DNA of 64,000 nt from Octopus bimaculoides (Eukaryota). The notes below the pieces were generated by a model. It saw only the letters and a program-made list of their open reading frames with translations, made no database searches and had not been told where the DNA came from. A program made the position numbers and the translations under genes. Each line of letters opens with the position of its first letter. Position 1 is the first letter of the stretch. The stretch spans positions 53,616,853 through 53,680,852 of the forward strand of contig NC_068994.1 of NCBI RefSeq assembly GCF_001194135.2, written 5' to 3'. Positions 38,626 to 52,193 of this stretch are shown here, piece by piece.

Positions 38626-41600
38626 CTTAATTGCTTTATCTACCCTGGTACTACCCTGAGTTGATAGTACCAGGGTAGATAAAGCGATTAAGAGTATGAA
38701 GACCGGGAAAGCCCCCGGCCCATCAGGAATCGCTGCAGAGATGCTCAAAATATCTGGCAGTGTTGGCTATAGCCTAGTCACCCGTATTACGAACCAGGTG
38801 ATACACGAAGGAGTAATCACAGAGGAGTTCAAGACAGGTTGCCCCTGGGAGCTCCTCTATGCTGATGACCTTGCCCTAATTGCGGAGTCACTATCAGAAC
38901 TAGAGGAGAAGTTTCAGGTGTGGAAGCAAGGTCTAGAATTGAAGGGCCTTAGAGTCAACCTAGCTAAAACCAAAATCCTAATAAGTAGGAAGGTAGATAA
39001 AACACAAACCCCTTCAGGTAGATGGCCCTGCTCNNNNNNNNNNNNNNNNNNNNNNNNNNNNNNNNNNNNNNNNNNNNNNNNNNNNNNNNNNNNNNNNNNN
39101 NNNNNNNNNNNNNNNNNNNNNNNNNNNNNNNNNNNNNNNNNNNNNNNNNNNNNNNNNNNNNNNNNNNNNNNNNNNNNNNNNNNNNNNNNNNNNNNNNNNN
39201 NNNNNNNNNNNNNNNNNNNNNNNNNNNNNNNNNNNNNNNNNNNNNNNNNNNNNNNNNNNNNNNNNNNNNNNNNNNNNNNNNNNNNNNNNNNNNNNNNNNN
39301 NNNNNNNNNNNNNNNNNNNNNNNNNNNNNNNNNNNNNNNNNNNNNNNNNNNNNNNNNNNNNNNNNNNNNNNNNNNNNNNNNNNNNNNNNNNNNNNNNNNN
39401 NNNNNNNNNNNNNNNNNNNNNNNNNNNNNNNNNNNNNNNNNNNNNNNNNNNNNNNNNNNNNNNNNNNNNNNNNNNNNNNNNNNNNNNNNNNNNNNNNNNN
39501 NNNNNNNNNNNNNNNNNNNNNNNNNNNNNNNNNNNNNNNNNNNNNNNNNNNNNNNNNNNNNNNNNNNNNNNNNNNNNNNNNNNNNNNNNNNNNNNNNNNN
39601 NNNNNNNNNNNNNNNNNNNNNNNNNNNNNNNNNNNNNNNNNNNNNNNNNNNNNNNNNNNNNNNNNNNNNNNNNNNNNNNNNNNNNNNNNNNNNNNNNNNN
39701 NNNNNNNNNNNNNNNNNNNNNNNNNNNNNNNNNNNNNNNNNNNNNNNNNNNNNNNNNNNNNNNNNNNNNNNNNNNNNNNNNNNNNNNNNNNNNNNNNNNN
39801 NNNNNNNNNNNNNNNNNNNNNNNNNNNNNNNNNNNNNNNNNNNNNNNNNNNNNNNNNNNNNNNNNNNNNNNNNNNNNNNNNNNNNNNNNNNNNNNNNNNN
39901 NNNNNNNNNNNNNNNNNNNNNNNNNNNNNNNNNNNNNNNNNNNNNNNNNNNNNNNNNNNNNNNNNNNNNNNNNNNNNNGGTGGCACATAAAAGACACCAT
40001 TTCGAGCGTGGCCGTTTTCGTGCGGGTGACACGTAAAAGCAGCCACTACACTCTCTGAGTGGTTGGCGTTAGGAAGGGCATCCAGCTGTAGAAACTCTGC
40101 CAAATTAGACTGGAGCCTGGTGTTGCCATCTGGTTTCACCAGTCCTCAGTCAAATCGTCCAACCCATGCTAGCATGGAAAGCGGACGTTAAACGATGATG
40201 ATGATGATGATATGTGTGTGTATATATCTATATATATCATCATCTTAATGTCCACTTTTGTATACTTGCATGAGTTGAGTGAGATTTGTTGAGGTGGATT
40301 TTCTACAGCCAGATGGCCTTCCTGTCACTAACCTTTACGCGTTTCCAACTTGTTGTTTTTAAAAACCTTTTAGCAAAACTTGTATCAGTTATATGAAGGA
40401 AAATAATCTAAGAATTCAGAGAAAATATGTTATTATCAACACATGCTATTCTAATAGCCTTCTTATTGTTATTTCCTTTTCTAATGTTTCTGCTTTTTTT
40501 TTTGCTTTCTTATGTTTGCTATCTTCCAAGGACCTTTATATCTCATCCACACTCACATCAGAATCACTATTTCTGTTGTTATTATCATTTTCACTGACAT
40601 TTTTATCATCACTGCCAGCATCATCATAGACATTTCCATTCTGGTGGTATTGTCAGCAGCAGCAACAGTGGTGGTGATGGCAGCAATAACATTGATGACA
40701 GTCATCACATTGATTGGCCTAGCAATTAGGATTAAAATGAGAGCAATGGAGATGAATAATATTGATGATCATGATCATAAATAACAATAACGATGATAAA
40801 TATTTTAATAAAGATAACAGTATTTATGAAAATTAAGATTTTGATTATGTTACTGATAAGTTTCCATAATGCATTACAGAAATGTCAAAATTGATGTGCC
40901 AGATAATGAAGGTCTAAGTGCATTAATGAATACAGCAAGACAAGACCAAACTGAGTAAGTAGTCACTGTATATTTACAGTTTTATAGTGTGTATAATGCC
41001 TGGTAATGTAAATGAAATGGCAAAGTGATAAGATATAAAACTACCAGTCCATACATTTTGAGTTCAAACCCACTTCAGATATTTTATTGTGTTTGGACAG
41101 GAGAGTAAATTCAAGTCTCCCTCAGTTCACCTATATATTAAAAGTAGAAAACAAATCATACACAAATGTTACTGTTACCCAAGATAGACTGGCATCATTT
41201 CCAGAGGCAGATGTAGCTTAAATCAATATGTGACATGAACCCAAAGATATATAGTGAAAGTTAAAATACACTGGCTTAAAGACATTTACATTTAAGAATT
41301 ATGTTGTCTTATGCTTTGTGTGTGTGTGTGTGTATTTGAATTGCCTTGTGCTTATAGTGTGTATAATGCTCTGTTGTTATGGGAAGATTTTGTAGTTATT
41401 GTGTATGCATATATGTGTGAAAGTTTTTGTAGGTATGATATGCATAAGGAATTGTGTTTGTTGGGTGTGTAATGTCAAGAATCTCTGGTCTACATAATAT
41501 TTTGTATAATGTCATGTATTTATGACATTAAAGGTCTTGTACTTAAGGTGTATATAAGGTCTTGTTGTTATGCATTCACACTACACACTGTCCCCTTGTA

Positions 41601-44600
41601 ATGGTTCTTGCTTCATACTTTTGCATGAATGTTTGCAGTTTTCTCAGGTTACTTAATTTTTGCTGCACTCTTCTTTATGGCATAAACAACATGCATACAT
41701 CTACTGCTTGCTTTACACCCAATTACATGCAAGCATCCTATGATTTGTGCCTTCAACAATTTGTTCCCATGTCTGTGTCAACACTTCTTTTCCCATCCAC
41801 TAGTTGTTGGTATTCAGCACAACAGTTTATGTAAGGTAACTATTGTAACATCAATCTGTAAATAAACATGATACCTAAAATCAAAATATCACATTTGATT
41901 TTATATGGGAGTAGCAAACAGCCAGGCCAGATAATATAACTCCCAGCAGACCAAGACCACAAAAGTATTGCAGTGTGTGTATGGATTTTATTGTAGTGTA
42001 ATGTGTACATATACAGACTGTAAATAAAATCCGTATGCTGGATTTTACCACATTCCAGTATCTTTTGTCATATATATGAAGCTTGGTAACATAAAATATT
42101 GTAGTGTAATTTAAATTTAAGTCTTTTTGTATCATTTAGTGGTATATATCATCTTACAATACCTATTAATTTCTTATATTGTTTGCATTTTATATTGCAT
42201 GTATTATATAACCTTACAACAGCACATTATTATTATCTTATATCAACAGAACAAATCAAGTACTTCCTACCAGTGACTAAATGATTAGAATATCTCAACC
42301 CAATCTACCACATAGTTGAAAATTGGCCTTACTAAATTCTGGATTGAATTTTGTGCAGAATAGATCTCTGTTTTAACTATGAGTGGTCCAGTTTTTCAAT
42401 CAACAGAACCACCTACTCACTAACTTATAGTGAAGGAGATTGAATATTCTACCGACATTGTACCATTAATGTAATTTTCATGTTGAATTAGCTTAGTATA
42501 ACACTGTCAGGCTCCCACATGGTTTCTGCTACTCAATTTCATTCACAAAGCTTGGGTTATTCACTGCCCTTTGTTTTTCATTCTAACAATCAATCTGTAT
42601 TGTATTGTAGCTATGCTAAGTAATCATATCCTAAAGTGTTTTCTTTCTTATTTTAGAATTATGAAAATACTCTTGTCCTTTAATGCTTCTGTTAATGCTA
42701 AAGATGATAGTGGGAAAACAGCGTAAGTATTCAGAAACTGGTTTTATTTATTCACCAATAATGATAGCAGGGAACAGGGGTTTAATGAATGCATTTTTGC
42801 ATCTTAGCACATTAGTAGTAACAGTAACTTCACAAAACGTAGCAGTCACTGACTGTTTTTGTTTTTGCACTAGAGATTTCCTCCTTTCTGTAGGTAAAGA
42901 TTCTAATTTGGAATAAGGTGAATCTAGAGTAAAAGGTAAACTAACATATATTTCTAAATAGCTAAAACCAAAGTTAAAAACCAACACTTCTGACGATCAT
43001 TAATATCTTAGACTATACCTGTCTGACACTTTCAGATACATAACCATTTGTACCGTTATTAAATGAACAACACTAAACATTCTCTCCACATATACATAGA
43101 CCCCCCATCAGGCCTGTAGTTCCTCTGCAGACCTATTTAATAAGGTATCTTAGTGCTATGGACATTAATTTTAATTTTTAATTTCAATCTAAATTTAATT
43201 TTAAGCATTAACTTTATTTGAACTTTAATTTAATATTAACTATTTTCCATATTTTATTTTTCTACTTTTCTTAATTGGCTGGATTACCTCAGTTTAATGC
43301 ATGCCTGTATCCATGGTCAGCTGGCAGCTGTGAAGATCCTGGTCCAAAATGGTGCACTCTATGAAGATTTTGATTTGGGTGGGTCTGCTCCATTGCATTA
43401 TGCTGTTGATAGCTGTGACTCTGACCTAATTGAATGGATGATCAGGAATGGAGCAGATGTGAATATTCAAGATAAAAATGCTCATTGGACTCCATTGATG
43501 CGATGCGGTGAGTTTTAAGTTTGCAGTTTCACTCACTTATTCAAATCTGTTGGGAAATATATGTATGTGCATAACTGTACAGTTTAATTCATAACCTGCA
43601 TAGTTACATATTCCTCAGTCAATGAAACATTCACTTTCACTCTTTATGAAGGAATGGAAGTGTAGATATCAAATGATGTTGTGAAGTTTAATTACATGGA
43701 CAAAAATTTATGCCTACAGAGTAGTTGGGCAGTGAAGTAATTGTGGTATTATTGATTTTGCAAGCAAGCAGTATGGAGACAGCCTCAGTCCCACCCAAGA
43801 TACCTGTGTAATCCTCCTCTCTATTTCTGCTGACATAGCGAAGACAACCTTTGTATCAAGTCACATCAGGTCACCATATTCCTCTCGTTTGGTAGATAAG
43901 ATCTTCCTCCTTTCTCTAACCAATGGAACCTACAAATGAGATTTTACAAGCTGCATCACAGGTCATTGATGGATGTGGGGAGTAACCTTAGATAAGAACT
44001 GATTTATGGGAGAGAGTACTTTTAATCCTTCACACATGAGATAATTTCTCTACTACTGATGCTATGACAAAAATGCACCCAGTACACTCTTGAGAGTGAT
44101 TAGTAACAAGAACATCATCATCATCATCATTTAACGTCCACTTTCCATGCTCACATGGGTTGGATGGTTTGACTGAGGACTAGCAAGCCAGGGGGCTGCA
44201 CCAGGCTCCAATCTGAGCTGGCAAGGTTTCTACAGCTGGATGCCCTTCCTAATGTCAACCACTCCAAAAGTGTAGTGGGTGCTTTTTATGTGTCACCAGC
44301 ATGGGGGCCAGTCAGGCAGCACTGTCATCGACTACACTTGAATGGTGCTCTTTACATTCCACCAGTCAGGTGACATTGGTATCAACCACACACAAATGGT
44401 ACTTTTTATGCACCACTAGCACAGGAGCCAGTCCTGTGGCACTGGCATCAACCATGCTCGAATGGTTTTTTACATGTTACCGGCATGGGTGCTAGTTAGG
44501 CGGTACTGGCAGAAGCCACAACAATGATTTCACTTGACTCAACAGGTCTTCTTGAGCACAGCATATTGCCCAACAATTGAAGGGTACTTTTAAATGGGCC

Positions 44601-47471
44601 AGTTATGCGACATTGGCATAGGCCACGGCTACGGTCTCACTCGGCTTGCCGGGTCTTCTCAAGTACAGTGTGTTTCCAAAGGTTTCGGTCACTTGTCATT
44701 GCCTCTGTGAAGTCTAGGTCATACTTCATCACCTCATCCCAGGTCTTCCTGGGTCTACCTCTTCCACAGGTACCCTCCACTGTTAGAGTGTGACACTTCT
44801 TCACACAGCTGTCCTCATCCATACGTAACACATGACCATACCACATCTGATGCTTCTTATGTTCAACTTTTCTCTCAAGGTGCTTACACTTTGTCATGTA
44901 TGCACATGTAACATGTAACTAAAATGAACTGTTTGAGAAAAACATTGACTCTATTAACTGTATTGCAGGATACCAATTTAGAAGGGCTTATGAAAGACTA
45001 AAGATATTTTTGCCTCCATTGAAATATATGTACTCATAAATAGTGCCCTGTTGGTTATATTAAGTAACTTTCCTCCAAGTTGCTATCAAGTAATACTTAT
45101 ATATGTATTATTAACATGATGCTTGCTTTTTCCCTAATTGTTTTTTCAGCTTCTCTAAATGGTAACAAATTAATTGCTCTTACGTTGATCCGCAATGGAG
45201 CTGACATTGATCTCAGGGATATTGATGGCAAGACTTGTTTAATGATTGCTGTCATCAATGGCTATCAAAAGTTGGTGGATGTTCTCTTGGATAACAATGC
45301 TAATATTGTAATATACAATAAGGTTAGCAGATGGTCATTTTCTTTATTTGTCATCATAGATCATCACCATTATTACTGCTACTGCAGCATCAACTGGACT
45401 TACCTATGATCAAAGACATTCTGACAGTAATCAATCTATCATTTTGTATCTTAGGAACCACATTCAATCTTTTTAAGATGACAGAGGATTACTTGACGGC
45501 AATTTAGATACTATTTCTATTTGTTCATCTCTCTCTAGCTCTATCTCTTTGTTAAATAGAGGCCCAGCGGTGTGCTGGTGCAGTTAGTGTGGAGGCCCTC
45601 ATTACCTCATCACAGCAGTGCAGGACATGTTTACAGGTTGGAGAGCAGCAGGTCCCCAAGTTTTCTATGGTGAATTGTGTTAAGGACACAATAGTAGGAA
45701 CCATGGTGACCAGAGGTTGTAATACAGGGATGTGCTGAAAAGACATGAAGAACTCCAGCATTTTGTCAGACACCTGGAATGAGAAGGCTTTGCAGTGCAA
45801 TAAATGACACCAATCACTGAAGCTCGTAATTCTAGCAATTGAGGAGAAACAACAGGTGGGATAAGAAAGAGCACGTGAGAGATATCACTTAATCTGGAGC
45901 ACATGTCATTGCTGCTGCAGATCAAGAACTGGCCTTGTTGCCTGCTGGGGATAATTTCTGAATAGATCAATTAACATTGACTTGTGATGGACAGCTGATG
46001 ACAACATTGATGATGCATGTGTGTGTGTGTGTATGTGTGTGTGTGTGCATGTCCAACCCATGCTAGTACGGAAAGCTCTGAAGTACATATGTATGTATGT
46101 TCTGAAGTACATATGTATTTTTGTAATGCAATGTGTGTGTGTGTGTGTGTAAACATGTTTATACATGCATATATATATGGTATTGTCACTTTGGAAGAAA
46201 CCAGTACTATATATGAAAAAAAACATTTTCACTTTTATCTCTCTCCTTTCAGAATGGTCATACTGCATATGAATTGGCCATGTCACTTGAAAAAGATGTA
46301 AGTAGATTCATAGTCAAAGTTAAATCAAATGTGGAATAGATCATCATCGCCACACTTCTTCTCTTTCTCCTCTTCTTCCTCTTGTTTTTGCTTGCTGTAG
46401 CTTACTTTTTCTACAAACTCCAGTTCTGATTGAGTAACTCCTAAAGCATGTAGGAAGCTAAACAAAAACAAAAAGGTGTAAAGTGCAGATCAAGAACATC
46501 TTGAGTGTCATTGTTTGACTAGTGGTTTAACCATGATCATCCCTGTCTTTTTTTCTCAAGTATAATGTATATAGGACTACATTAGCCAATATATACTTTT
46601 TATAAAACACTAGGTGTGAGTTGAGGTTAATTTGACTGCTTTTAACAAGTCAAGTAACCGTTGTTGCTCCCTACCAAATATATTATAACCAATTGTCAAT
46701 ATCATAACAACTGCTGCATCATAAATGTTATGGCTTTCTTCCACAAAGATAGAAACTAATCCAACATTAACCAATCGCTTACTCCCTACAATTTACATGT
46801 ACGCTTACATTAGATTTATGTTAGAATCATATCTGGGAAAACACAGCTGCTTCATATTATAAGCATGCACACAAAATAAAAAGAAAATTGGTAAGGAAGC
46901 CATTATATGGTCACTTGATCTACAAGAAACAGCAGTCAAATTGCTCACAAATAATATACTATGTTTTAAAAAATGGAAGTATGCATTTCATAAATAGTAC
47001 TAGATATCCTAAAAGGGATATTTTAGTAATACTAGATATCCCTAAAAGAGACATCTAGTACTACTAAAATGGCTGATGATCATACTGAAATGCTTTTGAT
47101 CATTACAGTTTTTCATTTGGTGTACTAAAATCTCTAAACATTCTCTCTCTCTTTCTCACACACACACACATACATACATACATGCACATACATATCTTCA
47201 TAATTTTTAACATCTACTTTTCCATACTTGCATAGATCAGATGGATTTTGTTGGAGCAGATTTTCTAAAACCAGATACCCTTCCTGTTACCAACCCTCAT
47301 TTTGTTTCCAAGCAAGGAGACATTTTTCTGTAGCCCAACATGTTTTCAAGAAACCATAACTAGTTTCTCCATACATATTTGGATTAGTTCATGTTTCTTT
47401 TTTTCATTTGTTAGTCAATAATAGAGAGCCTGATGAAATTTATGAAAAAGCAAAAAATTGAGTGTTGCTAA
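35493..47471 (+). CDS. FANK1: FANK1-like paralog C, 339 aa; join(35493-35671,36230-36357,37490-37571,40880-40954,42657-42722,43293-43507,45150-45322,46253-46297,47415-47471); likely non-coding exon 1 ends at 33681; ends ...KKQKIECC*
   Basis: 1020 nt open frame; exon sizes identical to B (184,128,82,75,66,215,173,45,57); canonical splice sites. Confidence 0.9.
38665..40212 (+). mobile_element. Young RTE LINE, 5'-truncated and internally deleted, spanning the gap, with (GAT)n tail
   Basis: MKTGKAPGPSGIAAEMLK...GCPWELLYADDLALIAES...GLRVNLAKTK is open; the 3'UTR resumes after the gap. Confidence 0.9.
44121..44830 (-). mobile_element. RTE 3' end plus 3'UTR
   Basis: WYGHVLRMDEDSCVKKC...GRGRPRKTWDEV; (GAT)n tail at about 44121. 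Confidence 0.85.
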
Positions 47472-47939
47472 GAAGTCAAGGTGTAATGTGAACATTGCAC
47501 AACTTATGAAATCTAGGTGGGTACCTGTTTACATATCCTCATGCCTTTTTATTTTTCTTACATGCACACACACACACACACATTCTTTGTATTTGGCTTG
47601 CAAAATTCTTGGTGTAAAAATTGGTATTGAAACAAATTTGTTGTATCTTGGGTGAGAATGTCATTATGCTAATAAAAACACGTACTAGTGCATGTATTTT
47701 TTGGCATAATGACCCTCTCAAGATAGGACAATATATGTATGTTTGTGTGTGTGTGTGTATAGGAAAAATATCAATGAATTTTAAATATATCAAATAATTA
47801 TAATCATATATCTCCTTAGTATTCTAGCATAAAGTCACCTCCCTCTCTATTATATTCTCACTCAGTTGAAACAGTCCTTAGTCTTGTGAGTTACATAATG
47901 ACCTCACTTGTGCTGGTGCAACAAAAAAGCCTCCATCAC

Positions 47940-48390
47940 ATTCTGTTAGAGTTAGAAAGGACATCCAGCTATAGAGACCATGCCAAAGAGACTTCGGAGA
48001 ACTACACAGTCCTCTGACTCACTGGATTCTGTCGAACCATCTAACCTATGCCAGGGTCTTCTCACACACTGCATATTTCCAAAGGTCTTGGTCACTAGTC
48101 ATTGCCTTGGTGAAGCCTAATGTTCAAAGGTTGTGCTTCACCACCTCATCCCAGGTCTTCGTGGATCTACCTCTTCCACAGATTCCCTCAACCACTAGGG
48201 TGTGGCACTTTTTCACACAGCTGTCCTCATCCATTCTCGCCATATGACCATACCAGCGCAGTGGTCTCTCTTGCACACCACATCTGATGCTTCTTAGGTC
48301 TAACATTTCTCTCAAGGTACTTACACTCTGTCGAGTATGCACACTGACATTACACATCCATCGGAGCATACTGGCTTTCATTCCAAACAG
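47940..48390 (-). mobile_element. RTE 3' fragment
   Basis: SMLRWMCNVSV...LRWYGHMARMDEDSCVKKC. Confidence 0.85.
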
Positions 48391-48923
48391 ACACAGTCCT
48401 CTAGTCTTAGATTTAGTAGTTGATGAAAAGACAAATAAATTAGAAATGAACCACAATCCTTTACAAGCTATGACCCCAGTTTGCTTCATGCCTTTCTTGG
48501 AAGTGTAGTCTATACTTAGCTACAATAGCGACATGGATTTCTTCTATCTTCTTGCTCTGTTAAAGTATTTGAGAAAAATTATATTAATGTGTCCAACTGA
48601 TTAAAATTCTATTTATTTGTGCAGCTGATGATAGCCCTGCATTTAAATTGATGTAATGATTGCATTGTTCAATTAAACGGAGCTGCTTGAAACGGTCGTA
48701 CTGCATCACTTCTTGATATCCTGTTGCTTATTTTGATATATATATATATGAATTGAATTGAATTGAACCAATTTCATTGCATGAGCTGTGGTCATGCTGG
48801 GGCATTGCCATGTGGTTTTGGTACATAACTTTTACTTCACTAATTCATTTTGGAACTTGACATTTGATGTTATGATATGTATATTTTTGTTTACTCATAA
48901 ACTTCTTTATTCTAATTTATCAG

Positions 48924-49310
48924 AATTGTGATAACAAGCTGGAAGTGGATTTGGAGTGGCCTTTCCATATTTTTCTTTATTTCTGTGTCTTTATACCTTA
49001 CAATTCAATGTGCACATGGATGGACAGAATCATCTTTTGCCTGCTTTGTCTCTCTTAAATAATCTACTAGACATTGGTGAGAGTGTTACGTCTCTGTAAT
49101 TAGACCTGTGCTTCTGAAACATATTACTTCAGTGTCACTGAATCTTGCATACTTTTCTATCCTTAAACTCAAAGTTGAACAGAAGTGGACAACTTGACCT
49201 GTAATATAATTCTATCTTGTAAAATTCTTACAAAACCAATTGAAACAATTTTAACATATTTCAATAGTATTGTTGCAAATAAAGTTATTTTTCTTCACTA
49301 ATAAACTACC
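48924..49310 (+). other. Non-coding terminal 3'UTR exon of paralog C; AATAAA at 49278 and 49300
   Basis: Acceptor ctaatttatcAG|aattgt identical to copy A; patchy homology to 6533-6890 up to the poly(A) signal. Confidence 0.65.
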
Positions 49311-51965
49311 ATATTCATCTGGAACTTACTATTATTTCTGTTTTGTCAATGTTTTTCAGATTTCTTTCTCCTTGTCTTCCTTCTTTTTCAATTTTTATTT
49401 CAAATTCTCCTTCTGTGCTTCATTCTTTTAGTGGATGTGAGTGGGATTGGTATAAGACTGTGTTGCACTTACACCTTTTTTACTTCCTTCTCATACATAG
49501 ACACATATACTCTCACTCTCTCTCTCTATTTATCTATCTATCTATCTATCTATCACACACACACACACAATAAAATCATAGCCATCATTTACAAGCAGTA
49601 TGACTTAGGAGCATGTATCATACCTTCATTAATTGTTTTAAGTGCCTATGCAATTATGAGCAACCATAAAAATCTCTCAGCTTTCCCACCCTTGATCTCA
49701 CTGAACATCCAGGATGTGACAGCATGAAGGAGAGAGGGCTGCACCCTAATCTGCTGGTACTCATTTTCAGCAAAGTAAACTGGAGATACTTGAAATGAAG
49801 CACTTTGCTCAAGAACACAATACACAACCAGTTGCAGGTATTGAACTCTCAAATTTGTGATCATGAACCCAGTACCCAAACCAGGTTAGAATACTGGGCT
49901 AAGCAAATAATTTTTCATACTGATGTTTGTGTGTGTATATGTGTGTGTGAAGGTATGTGGTCTAATTATTAGGATGTTTGGCTCACAATCATAGTGTTTT
50001 CATTAATAAACTGTGGCATTCAATTGGGACTTACTACTCAGTTGTCTCTACAAAAGCAAACGAGTTTTTCTGTTTGTCAGTAACTGAGCTTAAACCATCT
50101 CATCTGAAATAAGTATGCAAATCTCTAAATTTCACTTGTATTCTCTGATCAAGAATGCAGTATTGAATCATATAAGGTGTCCCTTTAACATGTTTTAGTC
50201 GTTGTTTTGAATCATCTATGGAAACTGTCACAAAGTTTGTCTCAGTCAGACCTTTAACAAACTCAGATTAGAGTGACTTTTTAGTTATAGCATGGCAACA
50301 TAGCACATTGTGAAAATAACCATTATATCCAACACAACTTGAGTGGCCCTCATTTGGCACTTTACAGCATTGTACTGTACATCATGGTTTTCAAAGAAAA
50401 GTAATAATCTGAAGACAAAGCATGTGGTCCTATTTCTGAATCCAAAATTGGAACTTACAAAGAAGTTAGAGACTAGTGTTTCACTGGCAAGTGTTTCTGA
50501 AGATTATGATCTTAAAAGGTAAATAGTTTCGGGTATACACAATGCTAGAGATAAATTCATTGCATTTTCCTTGGAATATGTTTGCAAATTCAAATTTTTA
50601 AAAAATATAATTGCAAAACTTGGTGCAAATTTTAAATTGTTGTCTGTTGTTATGAGGGCTGCAAAATATACTAATTGGGAAAGCACTGATGTTGTAGTTT
50701 ATCCTTCAAAGATTCTACAGTAACAGCATCTATGGTATAGAAATTTAAAGTGCAGCTTCCAAAGTAGCTAGACATATGGTGGTTTTGGTAAAATAGAAAT
50801 TGCTGTAGAATAGGTATTTGAATACCCATGATGAAGTAGATAATACACTAAGTGAAACAAGCACTCAAGAAGAGGTTAAATATAATGGCTCTTAATTTCC
50901 TAAATTATGTGTAAAATGAGACTAAACATGGGTTGCATTAATGGCAACTATCTTGGAATACTCAAACTTTTAAGAATGAAGCTACTACACCTGATTCCAG
51001 TGTTTTGTAGCACAGAAGCAGACATACATACACTTTTAAAAGTTAGTGCAGATATCAGTATGACTTTGAGTTTTGAAAGAGATAATGCACCAGTTACCAG
51101 TATATTACTGTATTTCCAAAAAATCATGGGAAATCCTTGTTCAGCATGCATATCTTTAATTACTGGGGTTTTTTTTTAATTCATTCTTTGGTGCATAAAA
51201 ACCTGGAAAATTTCTTCAAACATTCTGCTGGTTAAGTGGAGGTCAAACGATGCTGATATCAGAACCTAGTAAGATGATATGGAGAGTAACTTCAGACACC
51301 AAGTATTATCAGAAGAGATACTGAGTGAAGTTCTTAACAGCAGAAATGGTGATCTATTGCTCAAGAAGCCCAAACTCGCTGATATATATATGAGAATCCT
51401 TCAGTCACCCGAGATTTGTATGAGTGTGAGGCAAGGTACTAGTGTAGCATCATAGCTCTAATACAAAATGACAAGTTATACTCCCTACCATCACCTCTAT
51501 CACAAAATACTCATCTGTCGTTTACAATGGGTAACAATACTCTTTGATTTTCATACATTTAATGTTAAATAATTTTATAAAATATATATTTTTAATTTTA
51601 TATATCTGTACGGTATTTACAGTATTTCCTGTAATTTTGTTGCTGTTTCTCATGTTAAAACCACACTGTATATTTCCAATATTGTATATGTACACAATAT
51701 TAACCCATCTTTGGTTAACTCGTACAGTTGCCTTAACTTCACATTCTTCTTTTCACCTTATAACGGGCAGTTCAGTTCATGTAGTGAAGCTGCAATGAGA
51801 CTGTTGCTTTGTTGACATATAGTGACCTCCCTTAGAAACCACAGGACAACCTGAATGACATGTATAAGCTGACAAACAAACAGATACAGAGAGAAAATGA
51901 AAGATTAAAATAGAAGAAAAATGTAATGTGTGAAAGAGATGTGTGTGCATTTACATACGTCTATG

Positions 51966-52193
51966 TCTACGTAACATAACACGTGCATACTTTCTTAGCG
52001 TTTTATTAGGGATTTTCTGAGTAGCTTTTGTCATTAACTGCCAGTAATGTACAAGGTCTAACGACTAAGTTTCCAGCTCTTTACGGGTGGGAAAAAAAAG
52101 ATTTGTGATTGTCATCTTTATCCACTTACTTAATCTCCATAGGAGTTTATATATTCTCTTGGTGGATTTTTCTGTACCCCATAATGTCAGCAA
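51966..52193 (+). promoter_or_regulatory. Conserved upstream block and exon 1 of paralog D
   Basis: ctacgtaacataacacgtgcatactttc...ttaactgccagt; ends tgtaccccataATGtcagcaa|GTAGGT. Confidence 0.6.

Noticed and set aside
38914-40139. Long ORFs spanning the second N-gap
   Set aside because: Artefacts of N runs; only the RTE-derived flanks are real.
40393-40784. Hydrophobic, transmembrane-looking ORFs (also 16630-16821)
   Set aside because: Translations of low-complexity trinucleotide tracts.
51280-51460. Short ORF MESNFRHQVLSEEIL... as a candidate first exon of D
   Set aside because: Upstream of the conserved promoter block with no homolog in B or C.
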